From positions 1-64,000 of the forward strand of contig CAVXXK010000003.1 in the NCBI GenBank assembly GCA_963765675.1: a DNA stretch of 64,000 nucleotides, read 5' to 3'. This document shows, piece by piece, positions 39,065 through 50,975 of this stretch (within the stretch, counting starts at the first letter, position 1; each line of letters begins with the position of its first letter). Made by a program: the position numbers and the translations under genes. This DNA is from an uncultured delta proteobacterium (GTDB lineage Bacteria > Desulfobacterota > Binatia > Binatales > Binataceae). The notes under the pieces were generated by a model, which did no database searches, was not told the origin of the DNA, and saw nothing but the letters and a program-made list of their open reading frames with translations.

Positions 39065-39997
39065 CTACCTTCGGCGACGCTCGCGAATCGCCGCCGCCAT
39101 CCTCACCACCGCCCGCGCTGCGCCCGGGTCATGCACCCTGACGATCGACGCGCCCGCTGCGACCGCAAGCGCGTCGGCGGCCGCAGTCCCAAATTCGATA
39201 TCGCGCTCCGAACCACCGGCAATCCGCCGGATGAAGCTCTTGCGCGAAGATCCTACCATTAGGGGATAGCCGACCGCGGCAAGGCGGGGCAAGGCGTCGA
39301 GCAGAGCCAGATTATGACGCGCGGTCTTGGCGAACCCGATTCCGGGGTCGAGGATAATTCGCGAGCGCGCGACTCCGGCGCGGACCGCAGCCTCCGCCCG
39401 AGCAATGAGGTACGCGATCACCTCGCCCGTAACGTCGCGGTAGCGCGCAAACTTCAGGTGATCCTCGGCGCCGCCGCGCATATGCATCAGCACGACCGGC
39501 ACGCCCGCTCGCGCCGCGACCGACGCCATCGCGGGGTCGTACTCGAACGCGCTTATATCATTGATTATCGTGGCGCCCGCCTCGATCGCGCGCGCCGCAA
39601 CGGCGGACTTGCGCGTGTCGATCGAGATCGGAATGCGGAGCTTCGCCGCGAGCGCCTCGACCACCGGGATCACGCGGCGCAGTTCCTCTTCGACGGCGAC
39701 GGTGCGTGCCCCGCCGGGCCGCGTCGATTCTCCGCCAATATCGATAATGCCGGCGCCGTGCGCCTCCATCGCGAGGCCGTGCTCGATCGCGCGAGTGGGG
39801 TCAAAGTAGCGGCCGCCGTCGGAGAACGAGTCGGGCGTGACATTGAGCACGCCCATGACCGCGGGGAAAAGGATTATCCGGCCGTCGCGCAGACGCATTC
39901 GCTTGGGCAGCGGCTGGACGCGTGGCCGCGCGGACTTGACTACGCGCAATTTGGGACTGCGTGGATTGCCGCGGGAATTATCGGATACGAGCCGCAT
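39065..39997 (-). CDS. folP: Dihydropteroate synthase
   Basis: MGVLNVTPDSFSDGG, DIGGESTRPG, DPGIGFAK, SRKSF, RVHD. Start uncertain. Confidence 0.95.
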   Translation of the reverse strand: MRLVSDNSRGNPRSPKLRVVKSARPRVQPLPKRMRLRDGRIILFPAVMGVLNVTPDSFSDGGRYFDPTRAIEHGLAMEAHGAGIIDIGGESTRPGGARTVAVEEELRRVIPVVEALAAKLRIPISIDTRKSAVAARAIEAGATIINDISAFEYDPAMASVAARAGVPVVLMHMRGGAEDHLKFARYRDVTGEVIAYLIARAEAAVRAGVARSRIILDPGIGFAKTARHNLALLDALPRLAAVGYPLMVGSSRKSFIRRIAGGSERDIEFGTAAADALAVAAGASIVRVHDPGAARAVVRMAAAIRERRRR

Positions 39998-40055
39998 TCG
40001 CGAGCTTCCATCTAGCCCGCCGCACGCAAAGCGGAGCTCGGGTTGCCCGCAGAGG

Positions 40056-41987
<1,932 letters not shown>

Positions 41988-42038
41988 CCCCATCAAAATC
42001 GTACCATGCTCGCTAAATCTGGCGCAACGTCGTTCTCA

Positions 42039-43439
42039 TCAGTTTGACGAGTTTTCGCGCGCCGAAATTCGCACCGCCGTCTCGCTGGCCGGCGTCAGAA
42101 GCCCCCGTTCGGATCGCACTACTCCCGGGATCCATACAATCTCATCTGCGGCGACGACGATAGGAACTCGAGCGCGACGCTCCCGCGCCAGCTTCGAGTC
42201 TATCAGAACCTCCTTGACCTTGCGCCTGCCATTCATCCCGATCGGCCGCACGCGATCTCCGGGGATAAAGTTGCGCACGAATAGCCCCGTTGTCGCAATC
42301 TCCGCAAGATCGAACACCGCGGTATTCTTATCGCCAGGCATATTCGATTTGGCTTCCTCTGCGGCGACAATCACCGAATCGAAAGTATAGCCCGACTCCT
42401 CGACAACGGTTGTCCCTTCGAGCGCGAGCGGGACCGAAAACTCGCGCGCGATTCGCCGGGTCTTTTGCGTCACGCGAAGCCGCGAGTATTCGCGCACCGC
42501 GCGCCATCCGCTGGGTAGGGAGATTTCGCCATTCGGCGGACCTTCCATGATTAGCGCGACCATCGCTTCCAGATGCGCCCGTCCGATCCGGCGCAGACTA
42601 CCGATTCGCTCGATGACAAATGCGCGCAACACCGGAGTCCGCAGAGCAGCGTCGAGCGAGGCAAACCGCGCCAGGTCCAGCTCGCCGCCGGCCGTGCGCA
42701 TCGCATCGAGCGCGCGCATCGCCTCGCGCGTGACGTACGCGTCGAGCACACGCATTTCGCCGGAGAGCTCGGCCAGCCGCGCACCAACGCCGGGAGCATA
42801 GCCCTCGAGGATCGGAATCAGTTCATGTCGGATACGATTGCGCATCAACGCGGCAGAGTCGTTGCTGCTGTCCTCGACAAATAAGGCGCCGATAGCGCGC
42901 AAATAAGCGCGGATATCCTCGCGCGAGAGAGACAGCATCGGGCGCATGATTCGATAGGGTCCCGCCTCGTCCATCGCACCCAGCCCGGCGATTCCCGCGC
43001 CGCGCAGCATCCGCAGCAGAACAGTCTCCGCCTGGTCATCGCGATGATGCCCCAGCGCGACATGCTTCGCTCCCAGCCGCTCGGCAGTGCGGCGCAGAAA
43101 GTCGTGACGCGCGTCGCGCGCAGCTTCCTCGAGGTTCGGCATCGCAGCGTCGAGCCCCTCAGCGCGCTCGACAATCAGATCGATCCCGAGCCGCGCACAG
43201 AGCTCGCGCACGAACGCCTCATCGCGCTCGGACTCTGCTCCACGAATGCGATGATTCAGATGCGCCGCCGCAAGCCGATAGCCGAACGAGTCGCGCAGAT
43301 CGAGCAGCGCATGCAGCATCGCGACCGAATCCGCCCCGCCCGAAAGCGCGACGAGAATCATAGAATCGCGGCTGACGCGCACGCGCTCAAGCGAGCGCGA
43401 AATCGCGCTCAGAACGGTATTTCGAGGGCTCGTCCGCAT
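42039..43439 (-). CDS. tilS: tRNA(Ile)-lysidine synthetase
   Basis: ALSGGADS, HLNHRIRG, GHHRDDQAET, RPML, DSSN, RNRIRH. Confidence 0.95.
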   Translation of the reverse strand: MRTSPRNTVLSAISRSLERVRVSRDSMILVALSGGADSVAMLHALLDLRDSFGYRLAAAHLNHRIRGAESERDEAFVRELCARLGIDLIVERAEGLDAAMPNLEEAARDARHDFLRRTAERLGAKHVALGHHRDDQAETVLLRMLRGAGIAGLGAMDEAGPYRIMRPMLSLSREDIRAYLRAIGALFVEDSSNDSAALMRNRIRHELIPILEGYAPGVGARLAELSGEMRVLDAYVTREAMRALDAMRTAGGELDLARFASLDAALRTPVLRAFVIERIGSLRRIGRAHLEAMVALIMEGPPNGEISLPSGWRAVREYSRLRVTQKTRRIAREFSVPLALEGTTVVEESGYTFDSVIVAAEEAKSNMPGDKNTAVFDLAEIATTGLFVRNFIPGDRVRPIGMNGRRKVKEVLIDSKLARERRARVPIVVAADEIVWIPGVVRSERGLLTPASETAVRISARENSSN

Positions 43440-43526
43440 CGTGAGCCAAAGGCTATTCCGCCGCACATCGCGCGGCAATGTACCGGATCATAGAACGTCC
43501 GTTCGCAGTCTGGTAACTGACAGTCG

Positions 43527-44339
43527 ATGACGCAGCCTCCGGCCGATATGTCCGCAGCCTCGACCGCCGCTAATGCTCCCATAAGCATGTCGCCGGGGAG
43601 AGCGCAGCGCATCAAGATCCTTCCGGTTCTGTTCGTCCTCATCATCGGAACGGAATACCCATTGCGTCCGTTGGCCACTTGGATGTTCCCGACGCTCTCG
43701 CGTTTTGGCTGGCCGTGGTCCACGACTAGCGGCGTAGGTACGATCGTCATTCAGGCAATTATTGCGACCGCGATTTTGCTGGTCGTGCATTTCTGGGAGC
43801 GCCTGCCGATGAGCTCTGTTGGCATCGCCAGATTCGCCGGGTCCGACCTCGCTCTCGGAGTTGCGGCATTCATCGGGATTGCAGTTATCGAAGGATTGGC
43901 GCTGCCTCTTGTCCTGTCGATCTTGACGGGTTCGCGTGATTGGGGAATAGGGAGCTCGGACGCGCACGAATTTAAGTTGATCTCGCAATGGCCATGGCCG
44001 CTTATGATAGCGGCAGCGGCGAGCGCGGGCATCTACGAAGAAATCTGGGCGCGAGGTTACGCGGTCGAGCGACTCGAAACGCTCACGCGCAGTACGATTG
44101 CCGCCGCCGCGATCGCGCTGACGCTTGACCTCGGTGCGCACGTGCCCTTTTGGGGATTCCGCTACGCGATTCTGATTGCGCCGTGCCAGATAGTGTTGCT
44201 CGGGTTGTACCTATGGCGGCGGCGGCTGATGCCATGCGTTGTTGCGCATATCCTGTGGGATTCTGGCCGCCCGATTCTGCTCGCATTGATGTGGCTGCTG
44301 GCGACACTCCACCCGATGCATGCGACGTGGAGATGGTAG
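43527..44339 (+). CDS. CPBP-family (CAAX/Abi) intramembrane metalloprotease
   Basis: EEIWARGY (EExxxR), GAH, AHILWD; multiple TM segments. Confidence 0.82.
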   Translation: MTQPPADMSAASTAANAPISMSPGRAQRIKILPVLFVLIIGTEYPLRPLATWMFPTLSRFGWPWSTTSGVGTIVIQAIIATAILLVVHFWERLPMSSVGIARFAGSDLALGVAAFIGIAVIEGLALPLVLSILTGSRDWGIGSSDAHEFKLISQWPWPLMIAAAASAGIYEEIWARGYAVERLETLTRSTIAAAAIALTLDLGAHVPFWGFRYAILIAPCQIVLLGLYLWRRRLMPCVVAHILWDSGRPILLALMWLLATLHPMHATWRW

Positions 44340-44350
44340 GCGTTAACCAG

Positions 44351-45421
44351 CTATCCCGGCGTGTCCCAGCGGTCTTCGAGGCGGCGGTATTTCCAGATCG
44401 ATACCGACAGCGCCCATCCCACGACGAACATCGCGACGATCGCGTAGCCGAGGGTTTCGAAATCCAGCGCCGCGAGCGTGCTGAAGAAGCGGCCGTGCCA
44501 ATTGAGCGCGCCGCCGAGCACCTGGAGCAGCTCGACCGTGCCGATCAGCAGCGCCACCGCCACCGACAAACTCGTAGTCGTTATGTTGTAGTAAATCTTG
44601 CGCAGCGGACTCGAGAACGCCCAACTGTAGGCTTTCACCATGAAGACGCCGTCGGCGGTGTCCATCAGGGACATGCCCGAGGCGAACAGGATCGCTAGCG
44701 AGGTGACGGCGAGCGTCGGTACCGCCTGCGACGCGGCACCGGCCGCCAGCGCCAGCAGTCCAATCTCGGAGGCGGTGTCGAAGCCCAGACCGAAGAGCAT
44801 CCCGACCGGATACATCTGCCAGCTATGGCTGATCAGATTCTGCAGGCGGTCGCCGAGAATGCGCCGGATAAGGCCGCGCTGCGCCAGCAGATCCTCGAGA
44901 TGCTCCTGATGATAGGTGCCGCGCTTCATCTGGCGCCAGATGTTCAGGATATCCAGCAGCACCAGCAGATTCAGAATTCCGATCAGCCACAGGAACACGC
45001 CGGAGACCGTCGCGCCGATCACGTTCCCATAGCTCTGCAATTCGGGCATCGCGGAGCGGACCGTCTTGGTCGCGACCACCAACACAACGGTCAGGAGCAG
45101 CACGATCGTCGAATGGCCGAGCGAGAAAAAGAATCCAACCGCCAAAGGCCGCTCGCCTTTCTGCAAAAGGTAGCGCGTGGTGTCGTCGATCGCGGAGATA
45201 TGATCGGCGTCGAACGCGTGCCGGAGTCCCAATCCATAGGCGAGCGCGCCCAGCCCCGCCATCGCGGGAAATCGGGGCGAATAGAGAAAGAACATCCCCC
45301 ATCCGACGACATGAAACAGGCCGACAATTCCGAACAGGGCGCTGGTCCGCGCGAAGGTTCCGTCAGACCAGCTTTCTTCGGATGACGATCGGCCAATTGG
45401 AGTCACGGATTTCTCTGGCAC
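44351..45421 (-). CDS. HoxN/HupN/NixA nickel/cobalt transporter
   Basis: GLRHAFDADHISAID, FFSLGHSTIV, LFGLGFDTASE, LMDTADG. Confidence 0.95.
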   Translation of the reverse strand: MPEKSVTPIGRSSSEESWSDGTFARTSALFGIVGLFHVVGWGMFFLYSPRFPAMAGLGALAYGLGLRHAFDADHISAIDDTTRYLLQKGERPLAVGFFFSLGHSTIVLLLTVVLVVATKTVRSAMPELQSYGNVIGATVSGVFLWLIGILNLLVLLDILNIWRQMKRGTYHQEHLEDLLAQRGLIRRILGDRLQNLISHSWQMYPVGMLFGLGFDTASEIGLLALAAGAASQAVPTLAVTSLAILFASGMSLMDTADGVFMVKAYSWAFSSPLRKIYYNITTTSLSVAVALLIGTVELLQVLGGALNWHGRFFSTLAALDFETLGYAIVAMFVVGWALSVSIWKYRRLEDRWDTPG

Positions 45422-45454
45422 AAATGATCCATTGAAATCGCTGCGCTGGCTGCG

Positions 45455-45760
45455 TCAACCGCTGAGCTGATCGAGCAGATGCAGGATCACGCCGATACCG
45501 GGGATATTCACCTCGAGTTCTTCGGAGAGCGTGCGGATAACTCGCACGCGTTCGAGCGCTGCGCGATCGTAGAGCCGCTCGACGGTGTGGCCGGTGCGCG
45601 TTACCTGCGCGGGCGCGATGAATTCCTCGTCCTCCCAGACCGCGAGCTGGCGGTCGCTCACTCCCGTCATCACGCAGAACACCTCGCGCGTCACCAGGAC
45701 CGGTCCGCCGCGCCGGGACCGCCTGCTCGAACTACTCTGCCGCCGCGCCATCGCCGTCAA
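45455..45760 (-). CDS. cbpM: Chaperone modulator CbpM-like (MerR-type HTH)
   Basis: FCVMTGVS...[31 protein letters not shown]. Overlaps the stop of the J-domain gene. Confidence 0.8.
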   Translation of the reverse strand: MTAMARRQSSSSRRSRRGGPVLVTREVFCVMTGVSDRQLAVWEDEEFIAPAQVTRTGHTVERLYDRAALERVRVIRTLSEELEVNIPGIGVILHLLDQLSG

Positions 45761-46863
45761 CTCCGCTTGATCATCTCGGCGCGAGGATCGGCGACGCCAC
45801 GCTCGCGCCGGCGCTCCGCGAGCTGCTGCATCAGCGTGCGCTCTTCGGCGGTAAGATCGGCGGGTGCGAGAATCTTGAGCTCATACAGCAGGTCGCCCGC
45901 CGGCTCCTTTGCGCGCGCGGGAATTCCGCGGCCCTTCAGCCGCAGCACGCGGCCGCCTTGCGAGCCCGCCGGAATCTTGAGCGAGACTTTGCCGCCGCCC
46001 GGAGTTGGCGCGGTGACTTCCGCGCCGAGCGCGGCCTCGTAATCCCACACCGGCAGCTCGCAGCGCAGGTCGCGTCCGGCGACGGCGAACACAGGATGCG
46101 GCTCGATCCGCACGGTCAAAAACAGATCGCCGTTGAACTCGGGACGCGGGCCGCGTCCGCCCTGCCCCTTAAGGCGCAGGTTGGTGCCGTCAGTGACGCC
46201 GGGGGGAATCGTAACTTCGAGCGTGCGCGGCTGCGCGATCACGCCGGTGCCGCCGCATGCCGGACACGGCGCCGCCGATCGGATGACGCGACTTTTGCCT
46301 TGGCGCTGCTCGCTCGCGACCATTCCGGAGCCGCCGCAGGTGGCGCATTCGTCCTGCGCCACCAGCTCGAGGCGTTGCCTTGCGCCGTTGATCGCCTCGG
46401 CAAGGGGAACGTGCACGTCGGCGCGCAAGTCGGGAGCACGCGCAGGCTCGGAGTCGAAATTGAATCCACGGCGTCCACCGCGTATGCCGCCCTGGCCGCC
46501 GAAAAATTGCTCGAAGAAATCGCTGAAGCCTCCGGCGCTGGATTCCGGACCGCCCGAGTACCGCGCACCCGCTCCTGCGCGCTCGCGGGCGGCGGCCTCC
46601 TGCGCGTAGCGGCGCATCATCTCTTCCTGCGAGATGCCGTGCTCCCAGTCGGCGCCTAGCTCGTCGTACTTCTTGCGTTTGCCGGCGTCGGAAAGGACCT
46701 GGTAGGCCTCGTTGATTTCCTTGAAGCGCTTCTCGGCGTCCTTGTTGTTGGGATTGACGTCGGGATGGAACTTGCGCGCGAGTTTGCGGTACGCAGTCTT
46801 GATTTCAGGTTCGGTGGCGCCGCGTTCAACGCCCAGGATCTTGTAGTAGTCGCGAAATTCCAT
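45757..46863 (-). CDS. DnaJ/CbpA-class J-domain chaperone
   Basis: [13 protein letters not shown] region (FSDFFE), two CxxCxGxG motifs, DnaJ_C (LRLKGQG, LRLKGRG). Confidence 0.92.
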   Translation of the reverse strand: MEFRDYYKILGVERGATEPEIKTAYRKLARKFHPDVNPNNKDAEKRFKEINEAYQVLSDAGKRKKYDELGADWEHGISQEEMMRRYAQEAAARERAGAGARYSGGPESSAGGFSDFFEQFFGGQGGIRGGRRGFNFDSEPARAPDLRADVHVPLAEAINGARQRLELVAQDECATCGGSGMVASEQRQGKSRVIRSAAPCPACGGTGVIAQPRTLEVTIPPGVTDGTNLRLKGQGGRGPRPEFNGDLFLTVRIEPHPVFAVAGRDLRCELPVWDYEAALGAEVTAPTPGGGKVSLKIPAGSQGGRVLRLKGRGIPARAKEPAGDLLYELKILAPADLTAEERTLMQQLAERRRERGVADPRAEMIKRS

Positions 46864-46995
46864 TGCGCAGAGTGTGGTTCAGACGATCCAGCTATTCAAG
46901 ATGCGCACGAAACCGCGCCGGCGCAAGGAAGAATATCGGAAATCCGGATAATACACCGCAGACGAGGCGCGAGCGCGCGCTCGATCCGCATAGAC

Positions 46996-47028
46996 AAAAG
47001 GAGGGCGACGCCAAAAGCATCGCCCTCC
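46996..47028 (-). terminator. Rho-independent terminator
   Basis: Minus strand GGAGGGCGATGC-TTTTG-GCGTCGCCCTCC-TTTT downstream of 47072-47560. Confidence 0.75.
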
Positions 47029-47071
47029 GAACCGGTCAAGAAAAAAACGTCGCTGAGCGGTCCCCTCCGCT

Positions 47072-47560
47072 TCAGGGTGCCGTGGCTGAAGTTCTGGTGT
47101 TGCTCGGCGAGTCGGCCGACACCGCCGGAATCGGTTGTTTGGCGGGGCTGCACTTCGCGACCGCGATGGTGAACGGGTTGCAGGTGGACAATACACAATC
47201 ATTGCCGGTTCCCGTCAGACTCGATCTGCTAAATGTTCCGGAGAGCGTTTCCACACCGTCGAAATACCCATCGACAAAGTTCATCAACACCGTGGTTCCG
47301 TCCGAACTGGTGCATAGAGTTCCGACCGCCAGATAGCCTGGAAAAAGGCCGGTACTAATAAGCCCGCCAGTCTTACAGGCGCCTTTTCCGGGAATCGACA
47401 TGCCGATGCCTACGAAATCGTTCGACCCCAGCGTCGCGCAAAAATTCGCGGCCGAAGCGGTACCGGCGCAGACTAGTAGCAATCCTGCGACGGCAGCCAT
47501 TCGACCGAGGATCGTCCGCAACCCCGCCTTTCGTAACCCAACTTTCCGCTCTGCTCTCAT
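47072..47560 (-). CDS. Hypothetical secreted Cys-containing protein
   Basis: GGGGAGG RBS, signal peptide ending ASA-A, six Cys in the mature part, own terminator. Confidence 0.7.
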   Translation of the reverse strand: MRAERKVGLRKAGLRTILGRMAAVAGLLLVCAGTASAANFCATLGSNDFVGIGMSIPGKGACKTGGLISTGLFPGYLAVGTLCTSSDGTTVLMNFVDGYFDGVETLSGTFSRSSLTGTGNDCVLSTCNPFTIAVAKCSPAKQPIPAVSADSPSNTRTSATAP

Positions 47561-47654
47561 AACATTCCTCCCCAGAGAAACGATATTGTTGCTCCTGAAA
47601 AACTCGTTTAGACCGTCCTGGCGCGACAAAGGTAAGTTGAGGGCAAAAGTTATG

Positions 47655-47819
47655 TCAAGCGCGCTCGGACGGGCATTCGGAGGGGGAATGCCCGGACTTC
47701 TCAGGTTCGAGCACGCGGCGCAGTTTCACGTGACTGCCGCGCCTCGATTCAATCGCGAAACCCTGCCGCAGCAGAATCCGGATTACGTCGGCGCCAGAGA
47801 GACGCCTTAGTTTAGGCAT
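47655..47819 (-). pseudogene. hicA: Truncated HicA-family toxin
   Basis: MPKLRRLSGADVIRILLRQGF...RRGSHVKLRR matches the HicA N-terminus with the GSH motif. The C-terminal VPxH...GTL region is absent. Confidence 0.75.
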
Positions 47820-48039
47820 GCGGCCGGAGTTCGAGCTCGAAGATCGCCAGGATCGAGGGATCCGACGCAATCCCGAATTCGGCAGGATCTTCACCCTCGA
47901 GTTGCAGCGAGATTGCTTCCCTCAAGTTGAAAGCGAGCTCGTCCAGCGTCGCCGCCTGGGTCACTACTGGAAGATCGAGACACTCCGCGACGTAAAAATT
48001 TTCGCCGCGTGAAATGCGGACCTGAATCGTTTTCTTTAT
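47812..48039 (-). pseudogene. hicB: Short HicB-family antitoxin with ATA in place of the start codon (absent from the ORF track)
   Basis: Manual translation: IKKTIQVRISRGENFYVAECLDLPVVTQAATLDELAFNLREAISLQLEGEDPAEFGI...; overlaps the hicA start. Confidence 0.75.
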
Positions 48040-48105
48040 CGTCGCCGCTCGAGTCGATCATACTCGCCGTCAGCGCCGCGATACATAGGTCGCGCGGCGG
48101 CTCGC

Positions 48106-48303
48106 TCAGGTCTCCGATTCATCCGGAGGCGATTCCGATTGAGACTCCGGTGGCGCGGTGAGCGCGGTGAGTTTCGATTCCAGCGCGTGCAGTTCGTGTT
48201 CGAGGCGCGATTGACGATTCCAGATGAATGCCACGTACAGGAAGATCGCGGCGAAGATCGCGCTGTAGGCGGCGAACAGGAAGCCGAAGTGATCCATCAT
48301 CAT
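48106..48303 (-). CDS. ccmD: Heme exporter protein D-like
   Basis: FLFAAYS, single TM and coiled tail, directly after ccmC. Confidence 0.75.
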   Translation of the reverse strand: MMMDHFGFLFAAYSAIFAAIFLYVAFIWNRQSRLEHELHALESKLTALTAPPESQSESPPDESET

Positions 48304-48341
48304 TCCTACGCTTGTGCCTATGCCCGTGCGCGCCTATACGC

Positions 48342-49049
48342 TCACGCGCCCTTGGCGCGAAACTCCGCCATCGCGATCGCGCGCGCGACCTCGCTGATTC
48401 TCGTGCGCGTGCGCACCACCGTGAGCCGCAGCATCAAAAGCCACGCGAACATCAGGGTGAACGCGGCAACCGATACCAACAGGGTAACGACCATCCGAGG
48501 ATCTTCGAGGCCATGGCCCCCCTGCCGAGTCACCAGCACGGCGGGATGGATCGTGCGCCATAGCCGTACCGACACGATCACCACAGGCACGTCGAGCGCC
48601 GCGACAATTCCAACCACTGCCGCAAAGCGCGCGACCTGCTCGGATTCTTCGAGCATCGCGCGCATGATCAGGTATCCACCGTAGAGCAGCCACAACACGA
48701 ACGAGGTGGTAAGCCGCGAGTCCCAGGTCCACCAGGTTCCCCAAATCGGTTTGGCCCATAGCGATCCGGACAGCAGCATCAGGGTGCAGAACAGCATCCC
48801 GATTTCGGCCGCCGAGTAGCCGAGGTCATCCCAGATCTGCCCTCCGAGCCAAAGGTAGAAAATGCCCGCGACCGCGACGATCGCGAACGCGGCGAATGCG
48901 ACCCACGCGCACGGCACATGAAAATAGAATATCCGCTGGACGATTCCCTGTTCCGCTTCCGTCGGGACCCAGGCGAAGATCATCCATAGCGACAGGACCA
49001 TCAGCGCGAGTGTCGCGGCGCCGAGAAGATTATTTGAGGTTCTGCTCAC
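48342..49049 (-). CDS. ccmC: Heme exporter protein C
   Basis: RIFYFHVP, WAKPIWGTWWTWDSRLT (WWD domain), RTIHP. Confidence 0.94.
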   Translation of the reverse strand: MSRTSNNLLGAATLALMVLSLWMIFAWVPTEAEQGIVQRIFYFHVPCAWVAFAAFAIVAVAGIFYLWLGGQIWDDLGYSAAEIGMLFCTLMLLSGSLWAKPIWGTWWTWDSRLTTSFVLWLLYGGYLIMRAMLEESEQVARFAAVVGIVAALDVPVVIVSVRLWRTIHPAVLVTRQGGHGLEDPRMVVTLLVSVAAFTLMFAWLLMLRLTVVRTRTRISEVARAIAMAEFRAKGA

Positions 49050-49062
49050 TGCCGGCTGGTTC

Positions 49063-49734
49063 CTACTCCTCTCCGATCACGTGCTCGAACAGCAGGTAGC
49101 CCGCGGTCACGAACAGCACGTCGAACGCGATGAGGATACCGATCCAGTCGCGCGCTGTCGCCATCGGCGCTCCCGAAAGCGCGACGATACTGGCGCGGAC
49201 GCCGGCAATCAGCGCGGGCACGAACATCGGGACGATTAGCAGCGGCAGCAGAAGCTCGCCGCCGCGCGCCCGCCCCGAGATAGCCGCGAGAAGTGTCGCC
49301 AGCGCGGCGAAGCCGATGACGCCGAGAATCAGGATCGGCGCAAGGCGCACCAACGCATCCGAGAAGTCGAGATTGAAAAACAACACCGTGAGAATCGCGC
49401 CCGCCGCGACCGCAACGATCATGAAGATCGCGGACGCTGCGAGCTTGGCGGCGTAGAGCGTCGCGCGATCGACGGGACTCATCAGAAGAGCGCGGATACA
49501 TCCGTTCTCGTTTTCGGACAAAAGTGCGCGCGAGGCCCCGAGCATCCCGGCGAACACCAATGCGATCCACAGCGCACCCGCCGCCGCCTCGGGACCGCGC
49601 GCCATCCCCGGTCCGAGCGCGAATACCAGCACGACGAGCACCAGCATCGCCAGCGCGACCATCGCGATCGTGCTCATCCCGCTGCGCAGCTCGAGGCGCA
49701 GATCTTTAGACAGCACCGCGGCAAACGCGCTCAT
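49063..49734 (-). CDS. ccmB: Heme exporter protein B
   Basis: KDLRLELRS, ENENG, ELLLPLLIVP; six TM. Confidence 0.92.
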   Translation of the reverse strand: MSAFAAVLSKDLRLELRSGMSTIAMVALAMLVLVVLVFALGPGMARGPEAAAGALWIALVFAGMLGASRALLSENENGCIRALLMSPVDRATLYAAKLAASAIFMIVAVAAGAILTVLFFNLDFSDALVRLAPILILGVIGFAALATLLAAISGRARGGELLLPLLIVPMFVPALIAGVRASIVALSGAPMATARDWIGILIAFDVLFVTAGYLLFEHVIGEE

Positions 49735-50441
49735 TGGTTCTGCCGTCCGAGCAGCGAGCGCAACCGGCTCGCCCGCGAGATTTCGCTCTTGTCGTTCATG
49801 GAATCGAGCCGGCCGCGCGTGATTTCGTATTGGTCGAGCTCGACGCCTTCGATAGCCGCCTGCCCGTGGGCGCTGATGACGACGGCGCATCCGCGCGCCA
49901 ACTCGGTGCGGATCAGATCGGCCATGATTACGACGCCGTCGGAATCGAGCGCGGCAAATGGCTCGTCGAGCAGCAGCAGCATCGGAGCGGCGATCATCGC
50001 GCGCGCGGCGGCCAGCCGCTGCTCCATCCCGCGCGAATACATCCGCACCCGCTCGTGGGCAAAGTTCGCAAGTCCGACGCGTCTCAGCCAGTTGTGCGCC
50101 GCGATATGCGGATCTTCGACTCCATAGAGCGAGGCGTAGAATTCGAGATTCTCGCTCGCGGTGAGGTTCGGGTAGAGGAAGCTGCGATGCGACAGCATTC
50201 CGATTTGGCGGCGTCCATCAGGGTCGAGCCGGCGCGTGTCCTGTCCGAACACGAGCGCGTACCCGCTACTCGGAGCGGACAGTCCCGCAAGGATCGTGAG
50301 CAGAGTTGATTTGCCCGCACCGTTGCCCCCGATAATCACTGCGGCGTGTCCGGCGGCCACGCTCAGATCGACTTCGAGCAGGACGGGAACCAGGCCGAAG
50401 CTCTTGCCAAGCGCGCGAGTTTCGACGACCGCCGCCGCCAT
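49731..50441 (-). CDS. ccmA: Heme ABC exporter ATP-binding protein
   Basis: GGNGAGKS, YSRGMEQR, LLLDEPF; located in the ccm operon. Confidence 0.9.
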   Translation of the reverse strand: MAAAVVETRALGKSFGLVPVLLEVDLSVAAGHAAVIIGGNGAGKSTLLTILAGLSAPSSGYALVFGQDTRRLDPDGRRQIGMLSHRSFLYPNLTASENLEFYASLYGVEDPHIAAHNWLRRVGLANFAHERVRMYSRGMEQRLAAARAMIAAPMLLLLDEPFAALDSDGVVIMADLIRTELARGCAVVISAHGQAAIEGVELDQYEITRGRLDSMNDKSEISRASRLRSLLGRQNQ

Positions 50442-50972
50442 CAGTCGTTCCAGCCGGTGGCGCGTCCGGCGGGTCTGAGCGCGAGGCCGCACTCGGAGCA
50501 ATAACGAGCGTCCGCGATCGTCCGCGTCCCGCACTGCGGGCAGAATCGCACGCCGCGCGCCGTCGCGACGCTCGTGCGCGAGGGAGTGAAGGAGGGAAAT
50601 TGCGCGGCGCGCGCAGGCTCGACACGCCGGGGCGGTTCGACGCGCAAAGCGGGCCGCGGCGCGGGAGCAATCGATGCGGTCTCGATTTTGCTGTTTAGCT
50701 GTTCGATCGATTGCATCGCGGCGAGCGCGCGATTCTCGAGCGTGGCGCGCAGCGCCTCGTAATCAGCGTCCGACAGCTTGCCCATCTCGCGATCGAATTC
50801 GAGGTCGCGCAATGCCTGCACCGCGAGACCGCGCTCATGCTCGAGTCTCAGGCCGTCGATCTCATTCTGATCGGCTCCGCTTGCGGCGCGAGGGCAGAAG
50901 TCCGCCCGCGAGCGGAGCCGCAACGAACAGCGCGACTCCTGCAACGATCATCGCGGCCGCCAGGTAGATCAT
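50441..50972 (-). CDS. CcmI-N-like membrane protein with C-terminal zinc ribbon; frameshift near 50885
   Basis: TM start MIYLAAAMIVAGVALFVAAPL, then (shifted frame) LRDLEFDREMGKLSDADYE and CPQCG...CSECG. Confidence 0.75.
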
Positions 50973-50975
50973 GGC

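Noticed and set aside
45422-45454. Cobalamin or nickel-cobalt riboswitch before the HoxN-type transporter
   Set aside because: The intergenic gap is only 33 bp.
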